Source: the human T2T-CHM13v2.0 reference genome, Homo sapiens. Taken from it: a DNA stretch of 64,000 bases. A program made the translations under genes and the position numbers. The stretch lies in NCBI RefSeq assembly GCF_009914755.1, contig NC_060942.1; one strand, 5' to 3'. Below the pieces are notes generated by a model. That model worked only from the letters and a program-made list of their open reading frames with translations, had not been told where the DNA came from and did no database searches. Positions 44,906 through 60,779 of this stretch are shown here, in pieces. How positions within the stretch are numbered: the stretch's first letter is position 1; the number at the start of each line of letters is the position of its first letter.

Positions 44906-45328
44906 TGTTGCATGACTTTCTCCTTAGTTCAGCTAAAACTGGGCTTTTGTCACATGACCAGGGAAGATTAGGCTCTCAGACACATAGAAGGTTGAGGAAA
45001 ATTAGATTTCTTGGGAGAAAAGGAAAAAGGAAAAGTAACTCTCAGCAAAGTGAGAGTGTCCTGCTGGCAGGTTTCCTTCTCACAGATTGAATCCCAGATT
45101 ACCACCCAGGAACCAAAGAGGCCAGACTCCTCCCACCTGCAAACAGCGCGAACTTTCCGAGGCTCCACCCCATCCTCCCGGTGCACAGGTGCGCAGGGTT
45201 CAGAGAGAATCAGTCAGGAAAGGGTGGGCTTCATCCAGCACAAGCAGTCCGGTTTTTCAGCCTTTGGGCTGTTTTAGGCTTGAAGCCGGGGTTTTGCCGG
45301 GGACCTTGGCTGTCTCCTGTCTCTATCA
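44906..45328 (-). mobile_element. MER61-family ERV1 solo LTR
   Basis: Minus strand begins tgatagagacaggagacagccaaggtccccggcaaaacccc; perfect 4-bp TSD gttg (44902-44905, 45329-45332). Confidence 0.8.
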
Positions 45329-45384
45329 GTTGCTAATAAGTATTTGTTTTTAGTGAATAATCAGTTTGACTAGTTGACTATTGG

Positions 45385-45625
45385 TGTCCTGCCTCTATGC
45401 TCTTGCCTACTACAAGGTCATCTATAGAGAGCTTCCACATGCTGATGGCTTCCCCCAGCACTCCGCCTGAGGCCAAGGAGTGAGCAGAGCAGGTCACAGT
45501 TCATGATTTTGGGGCAATCCTCAACCAACAAGGAATCCAAGTCAATAGGTAAGTACTCCACCTTTCTTACCCCTTAGTGGAACAATTCTGAAGTGTGTCT
45601 CTCACAGCATACCTAGCACAGCCAA
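45385..45625 (+). mobile_element. LTR33-like ERVL LTR fragment
   Basis: 'ggggcaatcctcaaccaac...tactccacctttcttacccttagtggaacaattctgaagtgtgt'. Confidence 0.55.
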
Positions 45626-45731
45626 GCTTTTTTGCCGACTGCCGGTCGGTAGCCAAGTCTTAAAGCTAAAGGGTTGCACAAGGGGAAAAAAATCAAAAGG
45701 GAAAATGCAACAGCAGTTACTTGAAAATAGA

Positions 45732-45893
45732 GGCCGGGCTCAGTGGCTTTCACCTATAATCCCAGTGCTTTGGGAGGCTGAGGCAAGGAGGATCCCTTGA
45801 GCCCAGGAGTTCATATTGAGCTATAATCGTATTACTGCACTCCAGTCTGGGTGACAGAGCAAGACGCTGTCCCTAAAACAAAATCAAAAAAAT
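45732..45893 (+). mobile_element. Monomeric Alu (FRAM-like or arm-recombined AluJ)
   Basis: Left-arm start joined to right-arm end, then an A-tail; TSD aaaataga on both sides. Confidence 0.85.
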
Positions 45894-45921
45894 AAAATAG
45901 AAACTGAAATACATTATCCTT

Positions 45922-46349
45922 TGTCGGTCTGAAAGGAAGAAGCTGAGGCAAAATTAATATAAATAGTTTATTTGGGCCAAGCTTGATGATTGCAATCCAG
46001 GAGCAGGTTCCAGCTGCCCTGAATACAACTTCAATTAAGAGTTACAGGAGGATATTTAAAGGGAAAGAGGAGGCAGTTTCTGAGTTGTTTACCAAGAATT
46101 TAAATTGAAATTACATTAGCTATTGATTGGCTATATATTGTTTCTTGTATCACAGATTCTAGGAACATGAACATAATGGACCAGGCAGCTAGTTAGGAAC
46201 AAAATGCCTCTAACCAGTTGCCTCCAGTCATAGGTTGAGGGGGGCGGGGTTTGGGCCTTGCTAGGCGTGAAGTCTCATACTCAAGTTCCTCTGAGCCTGC
46301 AAACCTCACATATCTCAGACTGCTCTGAACTTTTTTGTCTTTTCCCTCA
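45922..46349 (-). mobile_element. ERV1 solo LTR (MER65-like)
   Basis: tg...ca termini; 'aaaggaagaagctgaggcaaaattaatataaatagtttatttgggccaagctt'; CCAAT on minus ('attgattggct'); GC box ggggcgggg. Confidence 0.7.
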
Positions 46350-46904
46350 CCCTTACTCCTACTACGCTAATAAAAATTCAATCTGTGGTTGCTCCAGCCT
46401 TCTCTTAAACAAGCTTCGGCGTTTAGTAGCGTTCACTGTGAAAAAAGCTGTTTTCAAATCAGACCCAGGTCACATAGCAAACGTTGCATCAGGACTTTAA
46501 AAATAGAAATATAAAGACCTTTTCTTATTGTACAATAAAATATTAAAATTCCTGTCATACGTTGTTAGATTTAGACATTTACATTTCATCAGCATAAGTT
46601 ATACTTGGGATTCCTGTCGAAGAGGTTGTGGACTGCTGTTCCTCCGCAATCATTCTGAGCCTCAGGTCTGTGTCACATTTCACTATGCTTTTCTTCTACA
46701 ATTAGCATGGATTTTTGCACAACTACATAATACAGACAAGACACTATTAGGAAGATTTGGCAACAAAATGACATCAAGTTCAAAGAAAATATACAACACT
46801 GTGATGAGGATTTAAATTCCATTTGGGCTAAATCTATGCTCTATGTGAATCTAGAATTTCTTGCCCCTAGTAATTCACTTTTCTCACATCCTGTGTGTTA
46901 GTTT

Positions 46905-47488
46905 TGTAGTGAAGTTTAAACTTTCCCTATGAAGGTTCTATTCTAAGTTTGTTGATGTGAATTAACAATAGACAGGTTAACAGGTAAAAGTCCTATGATT
47001 TTATTAACATGCATGAACATGGGGAATTACAGAAGAATGATTATCCTATAACCCAATGAGGTGCAGGTGTTTATATACCCTTCTTCATAGGAGAGGTGGG
47101 ATATGGGGCGTGTAAACAATGTTTTTGATGGGTAGTAAACAATTGTTAGAGTTGTTAGAGAAAATGAATGGGGCCAGGAGACAGAAATTAATTTGTAAAC
47201 GATTCTCTGTGGAGTTTGAATAAGCCCAAAAGTCAGACATTATCTTGTGGAAAAATCCATCCAGGTATGGTGGCAGTCCTCAGTTTTCTTTTCTGCCATA
47301 GATAGTGAGATTTCAGGGAAGGAATGGAAGGCAGTTGCTTTTCTCTGGTAGGTCCAGTCTTAGGGCAGATAAAGGAATATCAGGGCAGAGCCTCTTCCAG
47401 CATCTGCTGACCTTCAAGATCGTTTATTTTCAAATAATCAGCATGGCAGGGTGCCATATTTTGGGGTGAAATTCCCTGGGCTCTTTCA
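46905..47488 (-). mobile_element. ERV1 solo LTR (MER34-like)
   Basis: tg...ca termini; 'acaatagacaggttaacagg', 'tgccatattttggggtg'; 4-bp flanks gttt / gttc. Confidence 0.75.
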
Positions 47489-47814
47489 GTTCCAGTTCCC
47501 CAAGAGCAGATTAGGTGTAAGTAGCTATTTGGAAAGCTAGAAGTATCCCAGTAGAAGGATAAAAGGGGAGAAGACAGACTTGACTGAGCTTAAATCCACC
47601 AAAGACAGTTTTCTAAATGAGACCAAATTAAATCTAAAGAGTTTTAAACCAGAAGAGACCAAGATATTTCCAAATAATTAATAGAATAGGTGACATTACA
47701 TTTCACAGGTATGTCCACTGGAAGAAAAATATATAGCCAAGAACAAAGATTTCTTTACCACTAAATATTGTCTGAGAGTAGTAAACATTTAAAATGGTAG
47801 CAGAGAGGAAGGGA

Positions 47815-47920
47815 AGTTGAGCTCTACACGGGCAGGCACGATTGTCTTCTGTTCATGGCTGAAACTCTATGCCCACAGCAGCGCCCGAGATGTGGGAGCC
47901 ACGCAGCAAACATTTACAGG
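47815..47920 (+). mobile_element. L2 3'-end fragment
   Basis: 'gagctctacacgggcaggcacgattgtcttctgttcatggctg...cagcaaacattt'. Confidence 0.55.
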
Positions 47921-48370
47921 AAGAAAGAAGGGGGATCAAGTAAGATAAGGAAGGGCTCAGAGTCCCCATGAGGCTTACTTCATTAGGAAATTTTAAAATA
48001 TTCAGAACCAAAATCCTTCTGAAACTCTAACAGACATGGCAAGAACAAACTGGCAACATATTCAATAAGAGAAGCATTTATCATAAAAAGTTCATGGATG
48101 GTGTGTATATAGTAAAATTTCTAAATAGAAAAAAAAAAGTTGAGAGTTAAGTCTTACAGTGTTATATGTGAGAGTTAAGTTATTTTCATACTGAAATATG
48201 GCCAAGTAGTTTCTTAACGTGTATGTGTATGCATTTGTTTCTCTGCTGATGGCAAGACTGAAGCTTGGGATTAGAAACTACAAGTTGAGATAAATTCTCA
48301 AGATTCCTCTACTTGATGGAGGTAGTGTATTCTTTGAGATGGGGCTGGTTAATGATGATGAATGCACAGA

Positions 48371-48739
48371 TTTTCTTTCTGTTTTTTTTTTCTTTCAACT
48401 TTTAAGTTCAGGGGTACATGTGCAGGATGTGCAGGTTTGTTACATAGGTAAACATGTGCCATCGTGCTTTACTGCACAGATCATCCCATTACCCAGGTAT
48501 TAAGCCCAGTGTCCATTAGCTATTCTTCCTGAGGCTCTGCCACCCCACCCCAAACAGGTGCCCAGTGTGTGTTGTTTACCCTCGTGTGTTTATGTGTCCT
48601 CATCAATCAGCTCCCACTTATAAGTGAGACCATGCGGTGTTTGGTTTTCTGTTCCTGCATTAGTTTGCTGAGAATAATGGCTTCCAGCTCCATCCACATA
48701 CCTGCAAAGGACATGACCTCATTCGTTTTTATGATGGCC
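48371..48739 (-). mobile_element. Primate L1 (roughly L1PA8-13) 3'-end fragment
   Basis: 'ttttaagttcaggggtacatgtgcaggatgtgcaggtttgttacataggtaaac...ctcccacttataagtgaga'. Confidence 0.9.
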
Positions 48740-48796
48740 AAGTTTCTGAATACCAGGCCAAGTGTTACTGGATAAAAACTTATCGATAAATGATGA

Positions 48797-49102
<306 letters not shown>

Positions 49103-49334
49103 AGAAACTAAGTCTTTTTGTACATTAGAGTTCCATTCACTAAATTAGAACATTAATATATTTTTATAATTATTTTAATTGTTGTTAGTAGTAGTAGTGT
49201 AAGTAAACATGTAAACAAATGAGATAGAAGCCATATTTGGTTAGAGTACATAATTTAACAAAAAGAAATAAAAAATATCTGGAATCTCAGTATTCAAAAT
49301 GACCCAAGTCCTAAAACCTTAAGGACCAACTAAC

Positions 49335-49535
49335 CACTGAGGTCCAAATGCCCAGGTTTGAAACCCATGACTGCTGACTTACAGCTGCATGACTTGGTAC
49401 AAGTTTTTTTTAACATCTCTGCAGCTGTTTTCTCACCTGTAAAACGGGAATGCTAATGTCTCTTGTAATTAAGTTATTGTTAAGATAAGATAAAATTTTA
49501 CACAAAAAGCATAGTAAATGTCCAGCACGTGGGAG
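49335..49535 (+). mobile_element. MIR SINE
   Basis: 'ccaggtttgaaaccc...acttacagctgcatgacttggtacaag...ttttctcacctgtaaaacgggaatg'. Confidence 0.75.
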
Positions 49536-49694
49536 CAGTGTCATGACACAGAAATTGGGAGAAAAGGAATCAGGTATTATCTGAGGGCATTGGACAGTTA
49601 CACGCACTCAGTAAGCCTCACTTTCTTCATGTGTAAAATGAGCATTTTGGAGGTTATGAACCTTTCATATAATGCAGGGACTTGCCCTAATTAA

Positions 49695-50206
49695 TGACAG
49701 GGTTCAAGAAAGCTACCTCAAAATATAGCACTTTGGCATTTGAGAAAACAGCTGAGGCAAGAAGGTCACTCTCACCTTCCCCTTGCCTTTCTCTCCTGAA
49801 GCAGATCATAAGATCATCATTCCAGAGGCATAGGACTCTAATTTCAGAACTCCTATGCCCAGAAGAAAGGAGCATTCTTAACCCTTAGGCACAGGGAAGC
49901 AGAAAAGAATCTGAACAATAAGTCCTTGCTAAATTTCCCACAATTTACTCCCATTAGATCATACTTTTTTGTCCTCCAATCATATGTCTCCATGACTGTC
50001 TCCTTTTCCTCAAAGCTGAGCATAAAAATACACAAGTTTTCATCTGTTTCTCTGGGTCTTCTTTGCCTTATGAAGTCTCCCATATCACATAAAACCTATA
50101 TTAAATAAATTTGTATTTTTTTTCTTGTTAATTTGTCTTTTGTTATAGGGACCTCAGCCATGATTCTAATGATGGCTGAAGAAGAAAAATATTTTCCTAC
50201 CCTGCA
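49695..50206 (+). mobile_element. ERV1 solo LTR (MER39/MER34-like)
   Basis: 'tgacagggttcaagaaagctacctcaaaatatagcactttggcatttgagaaaacagc'; AATAAA near the 3' end; perfect TSD ttaa. Confidence 0.8.
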
Positions 50207-50764
50207 TTAATAGTATAAGACTCAATAATAATACTAATAACATTAGCTGACAATAATCTGCATTTACTTTTTACTAGTCACTGTGCAAAGTGCTTTCATT
50301 GCACTTATTAATCAATTTTTAACATGCATTACATCTCAAAATTGCCCGAAATTCCATTTTTTTTGACAGCCACATGTTGGACAAGTGAGTCAAGCAATAT
50401 TATTAGGGTTCTTATATTTTTTAAATACAAATTGTGATTTCAGGTCCTCTCAGCTCTATCTTTAAAACAGTTGATTTTTAAAAATACACATGTAGGCAAA
50501 TATATTTAAATATGATTAATTTTATTATCCTGGTCTGGAACCATCATTCCAGCTAACTCAAGTCTGTTCTTCATCTTAAGCCAGTTTTCCAAAATATTAA
50601 ATACCATTGGCAACTTTGTGTTGAATAATACCAGAGCAAAAGTGAAGCCCAATGGTTTGCTATCAACGACTTCCTTTCAGTTAGTCTGCAAATCAACTTT
50701 GATTTCATATTGTCTGATAAACTTTCAACTTGCCCATCTGACCTGTCATTTAGTCTAATTTCAG

Positions 50765-50890
50765 AACTCAAAGACCTTGTCTGTAAAATGGGGAAAGTCT
50801 TAGGCGTTATATGTGAGAGTTAAGTGAAGATATATTAAAAATATTTAGCAGGGTATACAGAAAAAGTAGGCATTCAATACATGCCAGTTT
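50765..50890 (+). mobile_element. MIR fragment
   Basis: 'ctgtaaaatgggg...tgtgagagttaagtgaagatatattaaaaatatttagcag...gtaggcattcaatacatg'. Confidence 0.65.
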
Positions 50891-51464
50891 TCTTTTCCCC
50901 TGTTCAACTGATAGTGATGTTTGAGGTATTGACTTTATCTTCTTTCTCACAACACATTTCCTTCATCCACTATACTGTTGCCTAAATTATCTGAAACACA
51001 TAGGCAAGAATACAAAGTGATTGTATCAATTTAGGTGACAATGCTATGTTCCAAATATAAAACTGTGGTTGACTTTTGGCTCTGTATTTCAAAAGGGACT
51101 ATGTTTAGGCAAAAATTTCCAGCTTGTCTGTCCACTTGAATTAATGACCACACTCAGCTGACCCTGAAGATCTAGTTAACTGATGGCGTTTCTTCCAGGA
51201 CAACCCGAGGCCTCAGCTTGCACACGTGATGTATGCAAGACCCACTCATGGAAATACTGTTCCTCTCCTGACCTGGTGAAGTTGGCTGCCTAAATTACCA
51301 TTCCCCCAACTTCTACTCAGTGAGCACTTATTTTGCCTGTAAGGGTGAAAATCGGGCTTGTTCACGACCCACTTTAGTGAATGAATCATCTCTTTCTTCC
51401 TCATTAGGTCCTTTGGCAAATGGGAAGTGGCATTTAAGTTTGCTTTTCCTTTTCCTATACCATA

Positions 51465-51862
51465 TGTCTTTGTCTCTTTGTGTGGCTATAACTAAACACT
51501 GCAGACTAGGTAATCTACAAATAACACAAATTTATTTCTCATAGTTCCGGAGGTTGGGAAGTTCAAGATCAAGGCACCAGCAGATTTGGTGTCTGGCAAG
51601 GGCTGCTCTCTGCTTCCAAGATGGTGGCTTCTTGTTGCATCCCCTGGAGGGGACAAACCCTGTGTCCTCACTTGACAGAAGAGATGAAAGAGCAAAAGGC
51701 ACTAGGGTGGTTCCTTCAACTTCTTTTATAAGAGGACTAATCCAACCATGAGGGCAGAGCCCTCATGACTTAATCACTTCCCCAAATGCCTCCCCTCTTA
51801 ATACCATTGCCTTGGGCTTTAAGTTCTATCATATGCACTTTGGAGGAACAAATGCTTTCAAG
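51465..51862 (-). mobile_element. MSTD-like MaLR LTR
   Basis: 'aaatttatttctcatagttccggaggttgggaagttcaagatcaaggcaccagcagatttggtgtctgg...catgagggcagagccctcatgacttaatcac'. Confidence 0.88.
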
Positions 51863-51902
51863 AAGCTGAATCTTCTCTTGTGTAAGGCCCATGCATGTAC
51901 AG

Positions 51903-52066
51903 TAGTGGTTCTCAAACTTCACTGCACATTGAAACCACTCAGGGAGTTTGAGAAAATAGCGGAGGCCTGGATCCATGCCTGAGAGATGGTGATTAACTGG
52001 TCTCAGGTATGGCCTGATCAATGTTTAAAAGGAGATCACAGTGTGCAGGAAACATTGAGAACCACT
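51903..52066. mobile_element. MER5A1-like hAT-Charlie element
   Basis: Terminal inverted repeats tagtggttctcaa ... ttgagaaccacta. Confidence 0.85.
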
Positions 52067-52515
52067 AATTCAGATGGCTAAGAACCTTTGAATCCCACAT
52101 CTGAAACTACAATGTGGATCCTCATTCAGATGAATGGACTCAAGCTACTGTTACTGCTCCCTACCTTTTCTTCCTACTCATCCCTCAGACTCTTCTAACT
52201 TACCTGTGTCAGCAATGTGTTTTAAGCTATCTTTGTTGCTGGGTGGGAGAGTCCACTGGGAGTTCTTTTGGCGAAACATACTCTATTAACCCCTCACCCA
52301 GTTTCAGACAACAAAATGCTAAAACGAGTTAATTTTATAAATTCAGCTAAACCATTTCATTTCACAGAGAGAAATCAAATCAATTCAGCCACTTATTGGT
52401 ATCTTACATATATGGCAAAAATACAACAATTTTCTAAATGACTTAGTTTTTTTTTTTTTTTGACTGGTAGTTTTGGCAACATGTATGCCCAGCTCCTATT
52501 ACATAAACACCTTGA

Positions 52516-52815
<300 letters not shown>

Positions 52816-52944
52816 AGTTTCTTTTTTCTTTTTTCTTTTTTCTTTTTTTTCAATTTAAAAATTTATTAATTAAAGAGAATCTTGGCGTATAAACCTTTGA
52901 ACAAGCAATGCCTCTGTAACCAAACATCTGCTCCTTCTTAGTTT

Positions 52945-54973
<2,029 letters not shown>

Positions 54974-55648
54974 CTAGTTTTCACAGCCTAGGCCATATTT
55001 AAAATATATTATTGATGAATTAAATAGTAGTAGTAGTAGATTAAATATCAGTGCTAGATACTGTTTATTCAAAATATGCTATATGTGTATATTTTCAAGC
55101 AATGTCTAAGAAATAAATTGGACTGTTACTATTTTTTTTCAAAGAGAAATGATTTGGTAAACAACATTATCTTGAAAGCAACTAGTTCTTTTTAATGCTT
55201 ATCATGCTTTCTTTGTATTCAGTTTAAATGTCACACATCAGCGTCAGTAGGTGGGCTATTGTCAGTGACCTTTATATTATGTTGAAAAAGCACCAGGAAT
55301 TTTTTCCCTGTATTGTCAAAGAAAGAGGGAAAAGACTTAAAGCTCTACTCTTTCATTGCCAGAAATGCCTGCAATCAGAACTTATATTCCCCATTATATG
55401 ACATCATAATTACAGTCAATAAATATTAATGGCAAATTCCAGAGAATTCCCTGGATCCCTTTAGCTAACGTGCAAATGCAACGGGGTTGGGGAGCTCTTC
55501 TCAATAGATTTTGTATGCGCCTCTACAGAAAATAGTAACCTTCACGCAGGGTCCCACGAATTCATAAATAATACAAGAGAAACATTTATGCCTGAACATA
55601 AACTTCATAAACTTGTTTTCTAAAATGTTGCTTTAAAGTGTGTATGTG

Positions 55649-56904
55649 AAGCAGAGGTAAAAAGGACTCCCTATTTAATAAATGGTGCTGGGATAAACTG
55701 GCTAGCCACATACAGAATGAAACTGCACCCCTACCTTTCACGATATACAATAATTAACTCAAAAATGATTAAAGATTTAGATGTAAGACCTCAAACTATA
55801 AGAATCCTAGAAGAAAACATAGGAAACAGCACTCTGGACATCAGCCTTGGAAAAGGATTTATGACTAAGTCCTCAAAGCAAATGCAACAAAAACAAAAGT
55901 TGACAAGTAGGACCTAATTAAACTAAAGAGCATCTGCACATCGAAAGAAACTATGAACAGAATAAACAGACAACCTACAGAACCTGAGAAAATATTCACA
56001 AACTATGCATCTGATAAAGGTCTAATATTAAGACTATGTAAAGAACTTAAACAGTTGAACAAGCAAAAAACAACCCCATTAAAAATGAGCAAAAGACATG
56101 GTCAGATACTTCTTAAAAGAAACAGCCAAAAACATATGTAAAAATGCTTCATATCACCAATCATCAAGAAACGCAAATCAAAGCCACAATGAGATACTAT
56201 CTCACAACAGTCAAAATGGCCATTATTAGAAAGTCAAAAAATGCCAGATGCTGGCAAGGTTGAAGAGAAAAGGGACTGCTTATACACTGTTGGTGGGAAT
56301 GTAAATTAGTTCAGCCAGTGTGGAGCACAGTTTGGAGATTACTCAAAAACTTAGAACTAGCATCCAACCCAGCAGTTCCATTATTGGATATATATCCGGA
56401 AGAAAACAAATTGTTTTCTTGCACTTACATGTTCATTGCAACCCTATTTGTAATGGCAAAGACATGGAATCAACCTAGGTATCCATCAACGACAGATTGG
56501 ATAAAGAAAATGTGGTACATATACACCATGGAATACCACACAGCCATGAAAAAGAACGAAATCATCTTCTCTGCAGCAACATGGATGGAGCTAGAGACCA
56601 TCATCCTATGCGAATTAATGTGGGAACAGAAAACCAAATACCACATGTTCTCACTTAGGAGCCAAACAGTGGACACTCAGGGACATGAAGATGGCAACAA
56701 AGAAACTGGGAACTACTAGAAGAGGGAGGGGGACAAAGACTGAAAAACTAACTATTTGGTACTATGTTCAATACCTGGGTGATGGGATCATTTATACCCC
56801 AAACTTCAGCATCACACCATATATCCAGGTAACAAACCCGCACATGTACCCCTTAAATCTACTCTAAAATAAAAGTTGAAAAAAAAAGTAAAATGTCAAT
56901 AAAC
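55649..56904 (+). mobile_element. 5'-truncated older primate L1 (L1PA15/16-like)
   Basis: Frameshifted ORF2 C-terminal pieces; 3'UTR 'actgaaaaactaactatttggtactatg...cagcatcacaccatatatccaggtaacaaacc'; 15-bp TSD taaagtgtgtatgtg (55634-55648, 56905-56919). Confidence 0.92.
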
Positions 56905-58774
56905 TAAAGTGTGTATGTGTATAGATACATATACACTGTGTATGTGTTTGTATGTGTGTGTATGAGTTTACCCTGTATTGTAAATTAAAAACAAAAAATG
57001 TTAGATAATTAAATGTTATATGACTTGAACTGGGTGCTTGTGTAGGGATTACTTGCTTAATAGGATTAGCATTTAAATGGTCAGTATTGAGATTAACAAA
57101 CAGCCGTTAAGATGCATCAGAGGAGTTTTCTGCAGTTTTTTGCAGCCGCTGTTTTAGTCTGGCTGGCTACAGCCTCAACAAAATGGCAGAGATGGGATTT
57201 ACATAGTGAAGGCTATTTTTGTTAGTGGGAGGGATGAAACCTTTTCTCCAATATAAATAAAATGGATGGTCTTGAGAGACTAGCATGTGGGAAAAACTAA
57301 ATCTTCCACCCACCTCCCAGCCAACCTTGCAATTTCCATTGTCATCCTCCCCTTTCCCTGGAAGGCTTCAATGCAAATTTTTTAGTTCCCAAGCATTTGC
57401 CTTGTGCGTTGCTCACAGCATCTCAGCCACCTCTCAAAGGACTCCTTGGATACGGAGCCAACTGTCTACAAGATTCATTATTCTGGGCTTTCTGGGGTTA
57501 ACACCCAAATCCTCTCCCATGGCAGTACATGTCAGAGGAGGAATGGAGGGGAGAAATTACATGAAAATTCCTACTGGCACTGTCTATAGAAAAGAGGGCA
57601 ATAATTAAGAGATAATGTGAAAGGGGAGAGAACATTCTCACAGGATAATGGTCTCCTGCTGTTAAAAGGATGCCAAGGCAGAGCCAGCTCCATTAATGGA
57701 AAATAAATGTCATGGCGAGGGAGGTTAAGACATTTACTTTCACATCAGAATAGCCAGTCCCTTGGTAAAGTCCTGTTATTCCAGATCATCAAAGCTGATT
57801 AAATCATTTTATCTAATAGATGTTCAAGCAGAAAAGGGACACTCCCTATGTCAGTAGCAGCCTGCACAGTTAGACAACCTGGCATAAATAAATAAATAAA
57901 ATGTAAAATAATGGTCACATCTTTAGCTGGCTAAGAGAGGTGCAAGTGAAGCATGGTTTTTTACTAAGTCCATGCTAGGCTGTGCTCTGAGGCATTCCAA
58001 GTGCTTAGCGCCAGTCATGCATTCTGTAGAAGCTTCCCAAGAGCAACACGCTTACTTTTGTTAAGTAAGAAAGGAATTGCTCCAGAGGTGGAAACTGAAG
58101 GTTGAAGGGTCTGAGGAGGGGGGAGGGGAGGCAGCCTTTATAGTAGAAATTTTTTTGGGCAAATGGGGCTTTTCAATACCCTCAAATTACACTTGTGGGA
58201 CTAATTCCAGTGCTATAGTTCACCGAATGAACTCCAAAGAAATTGCAGGGTTGTTTCAAATGCCTATAAATAAAATTGCAACTGTGACATGTTTGATTGA
58301 GTGTTTCTGGGCATCCATGGAATGACACATCAATTTATTGCTTCAAAAAATCAAATGTAAATACAGACATAATTTTTCAAACAAATGATTCACAAGTTTC
58401 ATTCAGTCATGTCAAAGATCGTAGTCAATACCACTAGTTTTGCACTTGTGTGACATTTCATAATTGGATTCACCATAAACAAGCTGAAAAGTCACATAAA
58501 GACAACACATATTTGGCAATTACCTACCTTGTACAGAGATTACATATGATATCACCAGACACATAAATATGAACAAGATAACCTCGAGATATTTATATCT
58601 TATCACAAGGGAAAAAGATGGAAAACTATACCTATTGTTATTTAAAAAAAAAAAAAAAAGCAAGTGTGGTAATCCAATAGAAATTATATGAGAACCCAAG
58701 AGGGACCAATAAATTATAGTTAATAAAATTTTGGACAGCTTCATTGCAAGGTATGTGGCTGCCTGGAGCACAAG

Positions 58775-59310
58775 CAAATCAGTCCCTTAACTCTCCTCTG
58801 TTCAAAATCCCTAGTGGCTTCCATGTCATTCAGAGTAAAAGCCAAAATCCTTCCTCTGACATACAAGGTCCTCCATTAACCTCTCTTAGCAGATTTCCTA
58901 CCACCCTTTTTATTCATTCTAGATGCACTGGCCTTCTTGCTGCTCCTAGACTGTGACGGGCGCACAGCTGCCTTGGGACCTTGACGTATGCTGTTTCCTC
59001 TCCCTGAAATGCTCTTCCCCCCAGATAGCATCATGGCTTGCTCCATCACTATTTTTAGGTCTCAACTCAAATGCCTCCCTTCTCAGCAAGGTCTTGCTTG
59101 GCCACCATTCTTGAAAGTAGAATTTCTCACCTCCCTACCCTTACATTTTGCCATACTCTAAATTGCTATACATTTCTGCTTATGTTCTGCTGCCCCAGTT
59201 AGAAGGTAAACCATATAGGGACAGAAACTTTTATATACTTTGTTTAACTAGAGCAGTGCCTAGTCCATAGTAGATATTCTTTATTGCATGAATGAATGAA
59301 TGAATGAATG
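58775..59310 (+). mobile_element. L2 (L2a-like) 3' fragment with (TGAA)n tail
   Basis: 'ctcctctgttcaaaatccctagtggcttcc...cagagtaaaagccaaa', 'cactggccttcttgctgctcct', tgaatgaatgaatg. Confidence 0.88.
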
Positions 59311-59564
59311 GGTATATTATTAATCCTCTCAGTCTTATTGTATTCGTGTTTTAAAGGAAAGGTTTTATTTTGGAAGTTTTAACTCTCTGACTGGCAATAT
59401 ATTACCATGTGTCTGTAACATTTCTCTTTGGAACACTGTAGAATATCTTTAAATAGTATGGTTTTTCTATACTATTCATTCAGATTAGAATAAAAATGGC
59501 CTTATATACACAAATCATTGGATTTTTCCATCTGAAAAATAAAGGTATTCAACTATTGTTTAGA

Positions 59565-59800
59565 ATAATTACATCAACCGTTTAATGAGTGCGTACTCTC
59601 TGTAAGGCACATTTGTCAATCAACATTTAAAGAAATATTTATAGACTCTGTAATATATGCTAGGCACTGGACATATATGGGGAACAAGAAATGCAAATTA
59701 TTTTGTTTGCCCCTGAAGTCCCTCTGCAATCTGGTCCATCTATGTATTCAGTCACAAATATATATTGAGCACCTGCTATGTATCAGGCGTGGCAAAATGC
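59565..59800 (-). mobile_element. L2 3'-end fragments
   Basis: 'acaaatatatattgagcacctgctatgtatcaggc' and two similar degenerate tails. Confidence 0.6.
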
Positions 59801-59853
59801 ATCCTTACTGTTCTACAATATTTTCTTGTACTCCTCAAGGTCAGGAAGCTTAG

Positions 59854-60192
<339 letters not shown>

Positions 60193-60779
60193 CCTTCTTA
60201 TTTTCTTTAATTCCCACAGCTTCTCATGCTGTCCTCTCTAGCAACTTCCTCTCTTCACTTGTTCAGACATTCTCCCCTTCCTGGGGGGTGTCTCTGCTTC
60301 ATTCACCCTGGCCTCCTTGCTGAATGAAGGTGACTAACACCCAGGTCCTGATTTCATGGCAGCCCTGAACACACTGTCTCACATGTAATCTTGCCACTCT
60401 TCCACTAAACTTGACTTCACATCACAATCACCAGGAATATTTAAAAAAAAAAAATGGTAACTACATTTGAATTCCAGGAAGCAACACACAAATCAGTGAT
60501 TTAGACCCAAAGTTGAAAACAAATTCTCCAATTTGAATTAACAATGGAGTAGTCAACCTAAATTTAATATGGATGTTGCTATCATTTGCTTTATATTATG
60601 ATGTTATTGGACATAACAGGATTCAACAGAGCGGCAGTTTTCATCTTGAATGTTTCTTGCCCATCAATTTAGACAAAATCTTGGAAATATTACTTAATGT
60701 CATGTGTCTGTTAAAAAATCTTCATTCCCTATTTGTAAATGCAAAAGTATGAATTTCACAAAACGTGAGTAGCAATCAT

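Noticed and set aside
44906-45328. p53 response element in the MER61 LTR (some MER61 subfamilies carry one)
   Set aside because: I found no paired RRRCWWGYYY half-sites in this copy.
59250-59800. Tail-to-tail L2 ends as a mir-28/mir-151-type miRNA source
   Set aside because: The tails are more than 250 bp apart and too diverged to form a compact hairpin.
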